A stretch of 64,000 bases of DNA from Burkholderiaceae bacterium (lineage in GTDB: Bacteria > Pseudomonadota > Gammaproteobacteria > Burkholderiales > Burkholderiaceae). Both the position numbers and the translations under genes were made by a program. How positions within the stretch are numbered: the first letter of the stretch is position 1; the number at the start of each line of letters is the position of its first letter. Below the pieces are notes generated by a model. That model ran no database searches. It saw only the letters and a list, made by a program, of their open reading frames with translations, and had not been told where the DNA came from. The stretch is taken from NCBI GenBank assembly GCA_947455485.1, contig CANGNV010000001.1:39781-103780 (forward strand), written 5' to 3'. Below, piece after piece: positions 52,639 to 61,795 of this stretch.

Positions 52639-52768
52639 TGATGTTTCCTCGATATGGATAAATATTAGGGCTCGGTCTTATACCGAACCACTCTCGCATT
52701 CTGCACGCAACACTTCAGGCGCTTTTGGCTGTCTTGGGTGTAATTTCACGCACTGGACCGAGACATCT
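52639..52768 (-). ncRNA. Structured 5' leader of icd, likely the icd-II RNA motif (riboswitch candidate)
   Basis: Leader 5' end GAUGUCUCG can pair with the RBS region CGAG-GAA-ACAUC, or alternatively CUCGGUC can pair with GACCGAG. icd-II is described upstream of icd in Polynucleobacter; not confirmed with a covariance model. Confidence 0.65.
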
Positions 52769-52889
52769 ATTTTAAATCATCGACCCCGGCAATTTAAGGG
52801 CTTTTAGGCACCAAATTGGCTGAAGTCGGTCAATTTAAGGGAATCCACCAAGCTAATCCCGAACCTACTTACATCGTAAACTGCGATAC

Positions 52890-54092
52890 ATGACTAACAA
52901 GCATCCCCTACTCAACAAAAACCTCGTACTGTTGATTCTCTGCCAGGGCTTGTTTTTAACCAATAATGTGACCTTTATCGCCATTAATGGCCTAGTTGGG
53001 CTTAGTCTGAGCCCGGTTGCCTGGATGGCTACCCTGCCGGTGATGGGCTACGTTGTAGGCGGCGCATTCTCCACCTCGATTGTGGCCAAAACCCAAAATT
53101 ACTTTGGCCGGAAGATTTCCTTTCAGCTAGGCCTCCTGGTGGCCGTCTTTTCAGCGCTTCTGTGCGCCTATGCCGCCATTTCCAAGAACTTCTGGCTTCT
53201 AGTGCTAGGCACCTTTATTGCGGGCTATTACAGCGCCAACGGGCAACTCTATCGATTTGCAGCTGCTGAGCTAACCGTTGTTAGCCAGAGGGATAAGGCG
53301 GTCTCCTGGGTGCTTGCTGGAGGAATCCTTGGGGCTGTCATTGGACCTAACCTAGCATCCTGGACCAAAGACTTCTTTGACACTGCTTTTTTGGGGGCTT
53401 ACCTCACCCTCTCAATAGCCGGTTTTATCGGCGTCATCGTGATGCAGTTCATCCACTTCCCAGAGGAGTTCAAAACCCAGCACTCACTTTCTGATGGCAG
53501 GGATCTGAAAACCATTCTTCGCCAACCCGTCTTTATGGTTGCTGTGATTGGCGCCTCCCTGGGATACGGCGTCATGAACCTCCTCATGGCGGCAACGCCA
53601 CTGGCCATGCAGATTTGTGGGCTACCCTTTTCCGAGACAGCACTGGTATTGGAATGGCATGTGATTGGTATGTTCGCGCCTGGATTTTTTACTGGCTCAC
53701 TCATTCAGCGCTTTGGCACGCTCAAGATCATGGGTGTTGGAGTGATCCTTAATCTCCTATGCATTGCAATCGCACTTTCCGGTACCGACTTACATCAATT
53801 CTTAATCGCACTATTTTTATTGGGTGTCGGTTGGAACTTTTTATTTACTGGCTCCACTTCATTGGCGATGACAGCTTACCGCCCAGAGGAACGTGATAAA
53901 GCTCAGGCAGCAATTAACTTCTTTGTATTTGGCACCATGGCCTTCACTTCATTTGGATCTGGTGCACTCATTACCTCGCAGGGCTGGAACATCCTGAACT
54001 TCGGATCACTACTACCCGTCGCTGTCACAGCGGGTGCCTTGATTTGGCTGAGCGCCAATCGCAAGAAGACTGGCGCAGCTTCTGCTACTTAG
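52890..54092 (+). CDS. MFS transporter
   Basis: 12 TM segments; FGRK, YRFAAAE, HVIGMFAP and GWNF motifs. Confidence 0.88.
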   Translation: MTNKHPLLNKNLVLLILCQGLFLTNNVTFIAINGLVGLSLSPVAWMATLPVMGYVVGGAFSTSIVAKTQNYFGRKISFQLGLLVAVFSALLCAYAAISKNFWLLVLGTFIAGYYSANGQLYRFAAAELTVVSQRDKAVSWVLAGGILGAVIGPNLASWTKDFFDTAFLGAYLTLSIAGFIGVIVMQFIHFPEEFKTQHSLSDGRDLKTILRQPVFMVAVIGASLGYGVMNLLMAATPLAMQICGLPFSETALVLEWHVIGMFAPGFFTGSLIQRFGTLKIMGVGVILNLLCIAIALSGTDLHQFLIALFLLGVGWNFLFTGSTSLAMTAYRPEERDKAQAAINFFVFGTMAFTSFGSGALITSQGWNILNFGSLLPVAVTAGALIWLSANRKKTGAASAT

Positions 54093-55105
54093 GAAGCTTT
54101 AGCTAAGGGTAAATTGAAGAGTAAGTTTTGCGGTTTGAGTTTGAGTTGCTTTTCATCATTCATGGCAATAGCCATATATACCGGCTTGCCAGCCTGAGAC
54201 TGAGTAACAGCAGCCTCATCAATAAAGTCGAGACGGAATAAACAAATTACTTTCTCAAGCTCTTCAGAATCAACTGGCTCTTTGTTATAGAGCTTATTCA
54301 AGATATCGGTTGCAGCAGCATCTAGGCCAACATGCCAAGACCACTTAGGATCGGAAATTTTCTGCATTGGGGTGATGCGTACCTGTGCACCTAAAAAGTG
54401 TTGCACCCATTTCTCAAGGACACGGCAAAAATGGTTGATGGGTGGCTGACCAAAATTGAGCTGAACCGCAAAATCATGGTCTTCATTCTTCTCCCAATAT
54501 AGATCTGCATTTTCTTCATGCAATACATCTAAATCGATTGAGCGCATGGACATCGACTTACTCTTCAGAAGATCCAGAATATTGCCAGTCTCACCAGCTT
54601 GTGCATTGCGAGTTACCACCTCATCATCTGCGCCCATCACAACACCGTCTTCTAGCACGGTGATCTTTTGAGTCCGGAAGAAAATCTCACCCATACGCGC
54701 ATCTAAAGGATGGCAATCTTCACCCAAGATATGCCGAATAAATATTTGCGCCAGCTGAGAAATGAATAATGGCGGTACATCAACGCCGTCACCTCTAAAC
54801 AAACTCATATAGAAGTTTTCTAAAGAGCTGGCTGCCAATAGCTTGGCTCGATACCTCAACCAAACTTGATAGTTCACCTGAATATCTGGATCTACCATTG
54901 CAGTAATTTCTTGATCAGAAATAGTTGCTCGGGGGTTCTCACTTAAACGCTGATGCAGGGCACGCTCTGCCTCGCAGGATTCAGGCACCAGGTTTAACTC
55001 TGGGCGCAATAAGTAGGTGCGCAGAAAATCATCGGTCACCTGCAGTTGATTATCCGAGCCGACCGCAAGGGTTTTGTATGCAGAATGGGGCCAAAAGTTT
55101 GTCAT
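54089..55105 (-). CDS. Conserved hypothetical protein (DUF6352-like)
   Basis: TDDFLR.YL.RPEL, WHVGLD and KPQNLL.NLP segments recalled from this family. Confidence 0.65.
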   Translation of the reverse strand: MTNFWPHSAYKTLAVGSDNQLQVTDDFLRTYLLRPELNLVPESCEAERALHQRLSENPRATISDQEITAMVDPDIQVNYQVWLRYRAKLLAASSLENFYMSLFRGDGVDVPPLFISQLAQIFIRHILGEDCHPLDARMGEIFFRTQKITVLEDGVVMGADDEVVTRNAQAGETGNILDLLKSKSMSMRSIDLDVLHEENADLYWEKNEDHDFAVQLNFGQPPINHFCRVLEKWVQHFLGAQVRITPMQKISDPKWSWHVGLDAAATDILNKLYNKEPVDSEELEKVICLFRLDFIDEAAVTQSQAGKPVYMAIAMNDEKQLKLKPQNLLFNLPLAKAS

Positions 55106-55180
55106 GTTAGTTTGCTCGAACAAAAAGATTACGCTCAGAATATACTAGCCCTTCAATTTCAGCCAAAGAGGAAGATAAAC

Positions 55181-55528
55181 GTGAGCGAACTCCAAAAAAT
55201 AGATACCGTTGTTGGTGATGGCAAAGAAGCGACTGCCGGCAATCATGTAGATGTGCATTACACCGGGTGGTTGTTTGATGACAAGGCACCAGATCACAAA
55301 GGTCAGAAGTTTGATAGCTCTCTGGACCGCGGCCAACTGTTTAGTTTCCCTTTGGGTGCTGGCCATGTAATCAAAGGCTGGGATCAAGGCGTACAAGGCA
55401 TGAAGATCGGCGGCAAACGTACTCTCATCATTCCTTCTGAAATGGGCTATGGCGCACGCGGTGCTGGTGGCGTAATCCCCCCAAATGCAACCCTTGTATT
55501 TGACGTAGAGCTACACGGAGTAAATTAA
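55181..55528 (+). CDS. FKBP-type peptidyl-prolyl isomerase
   Basis: VHYTGWL, KFDSS, VIKGWDQG and IPPNATLVFDVEL motifs; GTG start with GAGG RBS. Confidence 0.93.
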   Translation: MSELQKIDTVVGDGKEATAGNHVDVHYTGWLFDDKAPDHKGQKFDSSLDRGQLFSFPLGAGHVIKGWDQGVQGMKIGGKRTLIIPSEMGYGARGAGGVIPPNATLVFDVELHGVN

Positions 55529-55550
55529 TTCCAAACTAGCATCTGCAAGT

Positions 55551-55582
55551 AATAAGGCCACTCGATGAGTGGCCTTATTTTT
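55551..55582. terminator. Intrinsic terminator
   Basis: AATAAGGCCACTC-GAT-GAGTGGCCTTATTTTT. Confidence 0.85.
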
Positions 55583-55603
55583 ACCTGAGAAAAATTGCTG
55601 ATC

Positions 55604-56587
55604 TTACGAACGCAAGTCTTTTCCATTCAAGGTTAATTTATTTTGCGTCGCTGGCTGACACAAACCGATCAAGCGATTTCTTTCAGCCATTACCTTATCG
55701 GTATAGCCACCATCGTTATCCGCATTTGCAGCACCAACATAGTATTTCAGGCCATTGCGCAATGAGCCGCTAGTAGCAATCAGATACTTCAAGATGTAAG
55801 CGCCTACCCGAATATTCACTTCAGGCTTCACAGCATCAGTAGCGCCACCGTATAAAGCATATTTATCTTTATGAATGGCGGTCATCACCTGCATCAAACC
55901 TTCGGCACCAGCCTGGCTTTTAGTCAGCGGATTAAAGTTTGACTCGACCGAAATTACAGCAAGCAACAAAACAGGATCAATGTTGACCTCTTTTGCAATC
56001 AACACTGTGTTGGAAACATACTCCTCAATCTTGGCGCGATCTAGCTTGTACTTCTTCTCAAAGAAGTCAGCAACAGCGCGTTGATTCTGAATCGATACCA
56101 TCAACTTCGTATCGAGCGCCTGTGGATCGATTTTTGAAGCGGGGATGCGATCTGACAAATGAGAAATTGGCTTTACCTGGGCATGAGCCACTGAAGGCAT
56201 CAAGAGAGCGACTGTTTGCTGCTTAGCGCTCATAAGGCCGCTACTAGGAGTAACCGAAGCCTTTCCGTAGATCACATTGGCAATTTCTTTATCTGCAATG
56301 GCCTTTGGCGTCTCTTCTTGATACTGATCGAGCATTCCAAAACCGTTTTGCCACACCATATGGCGCGCTTCATCGGGAACCAGGATACGAGCCAAATCAA
56401 AAGCGCCTGCTTGAGTTCCATTGCCGGAGAGCCAGAGTCCCACGATCATGAAAACAGTCACGATCAACAAACCATTCATCACCCGATACACAGGGGATAG
56501 TGCGTGAGCCAACAACTCTTTAGCGTTAACCGTTGCTGGTTGCGCTAGTTGCAAGTCACTCGAATTGGTAGAAAAACATTTAATCAT
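55604..56587 (-). CDS. Membrane-anchored lytic transglycosylase (SLT domain)
   Basis: AVISVESNFNP, GAEGLMQVM and N..VG..IL motifs; N-terminal TM segment. Confidence 0.87.
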   Translation of the reverse strand: MIKCFSTNSSDLQLAQPATVNAKELLAHALSPVYRVMNGLLIVTVFMIVGLWLSGNGTQAGAFDLARILVPDEARHMVWQNGFGMLDQYQEETPKAIADKEIANVIYGKASVTPSSGLMSAKQQTVALLMPSVAHAQVKPISHLSDRIPASKIDPQALDTKLMVSIQNQRAVADFFEKKYKLDRAKIEEYVSNTVLIAKEVNIDPVLLLAVISVESNFNPLTKSQAGAEGLMQVMTAIHKDKYALYGGATDAVKPEVNIRVGAYILKYLIATSGSLRNGLKYYVGAANADNDGGYTDKVMAERNRLIGLCQPATQNKLTLNGKDLRS

Positions 56588-57106
56588 TCATGGTCTTGCA
56601 GCACACCGAAAATCAAACTGCTGATTTATGTTGCGATGCAATAAGTAAAAAACATGAGCCATCCTAAGAAGGTTCTTATATCAAGTCAAGAATAAAGGGC
56701 TCCATTTCCATAACTTTTAGGTCTCGAAATAAGGATGATCCCTAGCGAAGCCCCTGATTTTTATATTTAATCCTTTAATTTCAATGACTTAAACAAGTTA
56801 GTAAGGACTTATTTCATATAATAAAAAAGTACTCAAAATCCAACTTTTTTACTATTTTTCAACTTCAAAAGCACTGCCTGACCCATACATCTAGTATTCC
56901 CGAGGGCTGGATTTTCTACCGGTAGTGTTCTGATGCTCCTCGCTACCTGTTGAGACTCTTGTAATCTTTACGCCTTACATAGATATAAAGTAGCAGCGCA
57001 AAATGCTTCTCAAGCCCTACAAACACTAGCTCTAGAGCTAACTTAAATACCCAATAGACAAAAAACTTTTACTTGTTCATAGCACCACTCATTACACTGA
57101 CATGCA

Positions 57107-58126
57107 ATGAAATTCCTGGTCAAACCACTCTTAATTTGCCTGCTTTGGCTACCGCTCAGTGCGTTCGCCCTCTTCGATCAATGTAAGGATCTGTTCCCAG
57201 CCCAGCAAATACCGACAACGGCTCAGATGGGGCGAGACCTTTGCTATGACGATTTTGCGATCTACTACTCGCCTTCAGATAAAAAGCCCATCTACACCGT
57301 TGAGAAACTCAATGGTGGGCAGCTCCAAGCGCCTCACCCACGCCGCACCAATCAGTTTTATGAAGAGGCCAGACTCCCTTTCCATGAACGCGCCCTACTG
57401 GCAGACTATCGCGGCAGTGGGTATGACCGTGGCCACAACGTGCCAGCCGGGGACATGACAAGTGAAAAGGGGATGGCGCAGTCATTCTCCTTAGCAAATA
57501 TGATGCCGCAAGCGAGGCAAAACAATCAGGGCATCTGGGCAAAACGGGTTGAAGAACCTACGAGGATGTATATCAAACGTGCGCAAGGCGATGTGTACGT
57601 CTTCACAGGATCAGTTGGCAATGCGGGCAGCATTGGTAAAAGTAAGGTCACTATTCCCAGCCATATATATAAGCTGGTCTACGACCCCAACAAAAAATTG
57701 GCTTGGGCTTATTGGGTTGAGAATGCTGACGATGCGCAAATGAGTGCGCCAATCCCCTATGCCGATCTGATTCAGAAAACCGGCATCGACTTTCACTTGC
57801 CGGTAGAGAGCGCCGAAAGTAAGTCGATCAAATCGGCCACGAAGAGCGCATCAGCACCTAAGCAAGTAGTGGGCGGCTGGTATCCGGTCTTTTTTGACCA
57901 ATACTCACCTGAGAAGGTGGCGGCAATTATCTCCAATATCAAATCTGGAAGGATTGCCAGCATAGAGCTTCAATATGACCGCAACCTTAAGTTAGCTCAA
58001 AACCTAGCGCAAGAGATTGAAGCTGAGAGCTCAATCGTGGTCACACTCTCACAAAGCAGTCCGCCGGACTCACCTAGTGTGACTTATGAACGCAATCGCG
58101 TCATCGCGATAGTGCGCACCAAATAA
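57107..58126 (+). CDS. Exported DNA/RNA non-specific endonuclease with a C-terminal extension
   Basis: Signal peptide; YDRGHNVP and N.MPQ...NNQG.W motifs. Confidence 0.88.
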   Translation: MKFLVKPLLICLLWLPLSAFALFDQCKDLFPAQQIPTTAQMGRDLCYDDFAIYYSPSDKKPIYTVEKLNGGQLQAPHPRRTNQFYEEARLPFHERALLADYRGSGYDRGHNVPAGDMTSEKGMAQSFSLANMMPQARQNNQGIWAKRVEEPTRMYIKRAQGDVYVFTGSVGNAGSIGKSKVTIPSHIYKLVYDPNKKLAWAYWVENADDAQMSAPIPYADLIQKTGIDFHLPVESAESKSIKSATKSASAPKQVVGGWYPVFFDQYSPEKVAAIISNIKSGRIASIELQYDRNLKLAQNLAQEIEAESSIVVTLSQSSPPDSPSVTYERNRVIAIVRTK

Positions 58127-58130
58127 ATTG

Positions 58131-58370
58131 TTACTCCCGAGTACGGGGAGCAATTCCATGGGCCCGCTGAATAGGCGCCAATAAACCTCGTAATCCATTG
58201 TGATCCAGGGTGTGCATTAGCTCCAGAAGCTGCCCAAGCTCGCCCTTGGGAAAGCCTTCACGAGCGAACCAGGCCAAGTAATTACCAGGCAAGTCCGCAA
58301 GCGCACGACCAGCATGCTTGCCATAAGGCATCTTCATTGTGACCAGCTTCACAAGGGCTTCTGAATCCAT
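58131..58370 (-). CDS. DUF3820-family small protein
   Basis: MPYGKH.GR.L.DLP..YL.WF...GFP.G.LG motif. Confidence 0.8.
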   Translation of the reverse strand: MDSEALVKLVTMKMPYGKHAGRALADLPGNYLAWFAREGFPKGELGQLLELMHTLDHNGLRGLLAPIQRAHGIAPRTRE

Positions 58371-58445
58371 AGTCTTCGATCTTACAAGCTTGACAACCAC
58401 CCTAGGTAAATCGCAACACCAGGGCATATAGGGTCTTTTTTCTCA

Positions 58446-58491
58446 ATTGAGAATTATTCTCATTTGCTGTATATTGCGAATGATTCTCAAT
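58446..58491. promoter_or_regulatory. Tandem Fur boxes
   Basis: TGAGAAT-T-ATTCTCA (58448-58462) and TGCGAAT-G-ATTCTCA (58475-58489), both 7-1-7 inverted repeats. Confidence 0.85.
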
Positions 58492-58518
58492 TACTTTTAC
58501 TAACCAGACTACCTCACC

Positions 58519-59433
58519 ATGAAAATGACTATCAAAAGACTTGTTGCCTTTAGCATCCTATTAGCCACCGCCTTGCATTTCTCATTCGCCAATGCGGGTG
58601 AAGGTGCGTTTGGATGGATTTACACCCTAGATCTACAGCCAAAAGGAAAGCTTGAGTTTGAGCAGCGCTTACAACTCAATAAACAGCAAGCAGCCGGCTC
58701 TTATAACGCTTGGTTTTCTAGATCGGAATTGGAATATGGCGTCACGAATGACTTTCAGATTGCGGGCTACCTAAATGCCTACTACGTCAATGCAAATCAA
58801 AATTACACCAATCCAGAAGCTTGTGGCGATAGCGCTTCGTGCACTGGCGGACAACCTGTTCCAGAGTCACATAACCCAGCCTCACCCTACAGAAAAGGCG
58901 GCATTGAGGGTGGTTCACTAGAGGCCATTTATCGCATTACAAATCCAGTCACCTCTCCGGTCGGAGTTGGTCTGTATTTAGAGCCAACTATTGGTAAGAA
59001 CAAGAATGAGATTGAAGCGCGTTTATTACTGCAGTCCAACTTTATTGACGATAAATTAGTTCTAGCGGGCAACGTTGTTGTTGCCAATGAGCAATTGAAG
59101 TTTGTTGGCAATGGCAATGTTCCTGAATCGATGCTGGATTTCCTGGTGGGCGCAAGCTATCGATTTGCACCCAAGTGGTCTGGTGGCGTTGAGGCACGTT
59201 TTCATAATGACTACTCTAGCTATAACTTACAAAACCAAGTACAAAGAGCCACTTTTGTGGGTCCCAACTTACATTACGCAGAAAAAGACTGGTGGGTTAC
59301 TGGTGCTTGGCGCTATCAACTCAAAGGCAATACCTGCATGGGTGACGGAACCGCAGAATGCTCCAATGCTCGCGTTTGGGATAGTCACTCAGTTAATGAA
59401 TTTATCGTCAAATTCGGCTTCCCACTGAACTAA
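58519..59433 (+). CDS. Exported beta-barrel-like protein (DUF6662-like)
   Basis: Signal peptide; FGWIYT.D..PKG..EFEQ, ELEYG and GP.LHY segments; amphipathic beta strands. Confidence 0.7.
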   Translation: MKMTIKRLVAFSILLATALHFSFANAGEGAFGWIYTLDLQPKGKLEFEQRLQLNKQQAAGSYNAWFSRSELEYGVTNDFQIAGYLNAYYVNANQNYTNPEACGDSASCTGGQPVPESHNPASPYRKGGIEGGSLEAIYRITNPVTSPVGVGLYLEPTIGKNKNEIEARLLLQSNFIDDKLVLAGNVVVANEQLKFVGNGNVPESMLDFLVGASYRFAPKWSGGVEARFHNDYSSYNLQNQVQRATFVGPNLHYAEKDWWVTGAWRYQLKGNTCMGDGTAECSNARVWDSHSVNEFIVKFGFPLN

Positions 59434-59468
59434 ACAAGATCTCTCATATTTTTAATTTAAAGGTAATT

Positions 59469-59648
59469 ATGGAAAAGCAAAATTTATTAATAGCCGCGCT
59501 AATACATTTGATTAAGTTTCAATCTACTCATTGCGCGACTGCGAGAGAGCGGGCATTGATGATGTTTGAGGCCTTAGCTCAGACAAGTGAAAGCACTGAA
59601 GATCTTGATGAGCTTTGCTTTCAAGCCAATGAATTGCTAGCAAATTAA
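59469..59648 (+). CDS. Small hypothetical protein (59 aa), absent from the ORF track
   Basis: Translated by hand as MEKQNLLIAALIHLIKFQSTHCATARERALMMFEALAQTSESTEDLDELCFQANELLAN; AAGG RBS; fills the operon gap. Confidence 0.75.
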   Translation: MEKQNLLIAALIHLIKFQSTHCATARERALMMFEALAQTSESTEDLDELCFQANELLAN

Positions 59649-59681
59649 TTTATATCCCTCTCAATCAAAAGAATTTAGACC

Positions 59682-60236
59682 ATGAACTGGAAACTTAACC
59701 CCCTATTAATAGCTGGTCTTGCTGCAACAACAGCACCGATCGTAGCGCACGCAAAGATTTACACATCCGTGGAGCAAGCACAAAAGATACTCATACCCAA
59801 TAAACCGCTTGTCAAAAATCCCATCATCATTACAGATGAACTACAAGACAAAATGCGCTCAGCATCGAGTGTCCGGCAAGCTTTTCAAGGGGATCGCATT
59901 TGGAGGGCAACTGACGGAAGTTGGTTCATCGTAGATGAGGTAGTCGGTAAACATGAAATGATTACTTATGCCGTTGCACTAAGCCCATCAGGTGCAGTCA
60001 CCGGTATTGAAATCCTAGACTATGTTGAATCCTATGGCTACGAAGTGGCTGAAGCCCAGTGGCGCAATCAGTTTATTGGCAAAACTGCGTCAGACCCCAT
60101 TAAGCTTAATCAAGATATTCAAAATATTGGTGGCGCCACCCTATCCTGCAAACATCTCACCGATGGCGTCAAACGTGTTGCAGTGCTTTATGAGATTGCT
60201 CTCAAAAACCAATCCCAAGCAGCCAAAGCAAAATGA
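59682..60236 (+). CDS. Exported FMN-binding (flavinylation-target) protein
   Basis: Signal peptide; Y.ESYG.EV, QF.GK and IGGATLS flavinylation-type motif; overlaps the apbE start. Confidence 0.82.
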   Translation: MNWKLNPLLIAGLAATTAPIVAHAKIYTSVEQAQKILIPNKPLVKNPIIITDELQDKMRSASSVRQAFQGDRIWRATDGSWFIVDEVVGKHEMITYAVALSPSGAVTGIEILDYVESYGYEVAEAQWRNQFIGKTASDPIKLNQDIQNIGGATLSCKHLTDGVKRVAVLYEIALKNQSQAAKAK

Positions 60237-61060
60237 TTCGCTGCAAACCACTCTTGGGTACCTTTGTTGAAATTTCAACTGAAGATGAAGGGCACTTTCT
60301 CCGTGCAGTAGAGCTGGCATTCGTAGCCATTGGAAAGGTTCAATCTTTGATGGGATTTCATGATCCGGAGAGTGAGCTTTCTCAAATTAATGCTAGATCC
60401 CATTTAGAGCCAATTCGCATTCACTCATGGACAGCTAAGGTGCTGGCAATTGCCAAAGAGATTCATATTGAGTCTCAAGGAATATTTAATTGCGGGATTG
60501 GTCACCGGCTAGTAGAAGCAGGTCTACTACCAAGGCATACCAGCTTGAATGATCACTCATTCGGAGGAATTGAAGATATCCGATTTATTGAGCCAAACCT
60601 AGTTCAATCTAAGCTGCCACTCTGCATTGATCTTGGTGGTATTGCCAAAGGCTATGCTGTAGACAAAGCCGTTGAGGCCCTACAGGCTGCCGGCGTTCCG
60701 TTTGGTTCGGTCAATGCTGGAGGTGATATGAGAGTCTTTGGTGATGAAGCACAAGACATTCAAGTTCGAAATCCGAGTAAGCCTCTAGAGTTAATTCAGA
60801 TTGGTAGCATGAAGGCAGGTGCTATTGCGACTAGTAGCCTCTACTTCGCAAAACGCGATGCCGATACCAAAAGTTATATCGTCAATCCCCTCAATCAAGA
60901 GCATATTGAGTTTTCAGAGTCTTACTCAGTTATCGCCAATGAATGCGTCTATGCCGATGCCTTAACAAAGGTAGTCAGCATTTCTGGCGATACCCAACAT
61001 CCTTGCTTGAGCCATTTCTCTGCCCAAGCCATCAAAATTCCTCACGCTATTACCTTATGA
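60233..61060 (+). CDS. apbE: FAD:protein FMN transferase
   Basis: LGT, SELS.IN, DLGGIAKGYAVD, NAGGD, ATSS and ADALT motifs. Confidence 0.92.
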   Translation: MIRCKPLLGTFVEISTEDEGHFLRAVELAFVAIGKVQSLMGFHDPESELSQINARSHLEPIRIHSWTAKVLAIAKEIHIESQGIFNCGIGHRLVEAGLLPRHTSLNDHSFGGIEDIRFIEPNLVQSKLPLCIDLGGIAKGYAVDKAVEALQAAGVPFGSVNAGGDMRVFGDEAQDIQVRNPSKPLELIQIGSMKAGAIATSSLYFAKRDADTKSYIVNPLNQEHIEFSESYSVIANECVYADALTKVVSISGDTQHPCLSHFSAQAIKIPHAITL

Positions 61061-61488
61061 ACAATACTATTCGCCTTGGCAAGATGCCAACATGGCAAAG
61101 ATATTTCGTCCTCATTGGCATGTTGAGCTGCTCTCTTACCGGCACAGCCTATTTGTTTGGGCATGAATTTCACATTCAAGGTGCTGCATTGGGCGCTCAC
61201 TCTATATTGATGTGGCATGGCATTGCCGCAATGATTGCTACGATGGCTTTGGGCTCAGTCTTACCCTTTCACCTGAAGGCGGGCCTAAAGTCTAAGAGGA
61301 AGTTTTGGAGTGGTTTAAGCCAATTGGCTTTTTTGGCTACTTTATTGATATCAGGCGCCCTGTTGTACTACGGCCCTGAAGAAATTCGAGATAGCGTCAT
61401 CACAACCCACTGGATGATTGGTCTCGCCTTCTTTACCATCTTTTTGTTGCACGGCGTTTATGCAAAAAAAGTGGTCTCCCCAAAATGA
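61057..61488 (+). CDS. His-containing 4-TM membrane protein, possible b-type cytochrome
   Basis: ATGA overlap with the apbE stop; His at MWHG, PFHL, THW and LLHG. Confidence 0.65.
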   Translation: MNNTIRLGKMPTWQRYFVLIGMLSCSLTGTAYLFGHEFHIQGAALGAHSILMWHGIAAMIATMALGSVLPFHLKAGLKSKRKFWSGLSQLAFLATLLISGALLYYGPEEIRDSVITTHWMIGLAFFTIFLLHGVYAKKVVSPK

Positions 61489-61490
61489 AA

Positions 61491-61526
61491 TAAGGCGCAT
61501 TGAGTTTTATTTCTCAATACGCCTTA
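61491..61526. terminator. Hairpin between convergent operons
   Basis: TAAGGCGCATTGAG...CTCAATACGCCTTA. Confidence 0.65.
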
Positions 61527-61543
61527 ATCAAACTTAAGAGGGC

Positions 61544-61756
61544 TTACTTACAGCAAGAATCTTTACCGCATGAAGTTCCGCAAGAATTCATTCCCAACAA
61601 TGGGTAAGCTGGGCAGAAACGGAAAATGCCAGTAGCCAAAGGAATCACTCCAAGCCAGCCCCACCAGCCAACGATGCCATTAGCTGCAAGTGCTACCAGC
61701 ACAATGCCTACCGAGATTCTTAAAATACGATCGATACCACCGACGTTACATTTCAT
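61544..61756 (-). CDS. DUF2892/YgaP-like small membrane protein
   Basis: NVG..DR..R, TG...FCP.Y..LG..SC motifs; Cys-rich tail. Confidence 0.85.
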   Translation of the reverse strand: MKCNVGGIDRILRISVGIVLVALAANGIVGWWGWLGVIPLATGIFRFCPAYPLLGMNSCGTSCGKDSCCK

Positions 61757-61795
61757 ATTGAACTCCCTTTAAATGCGATTAAATAATTCTTTAAA

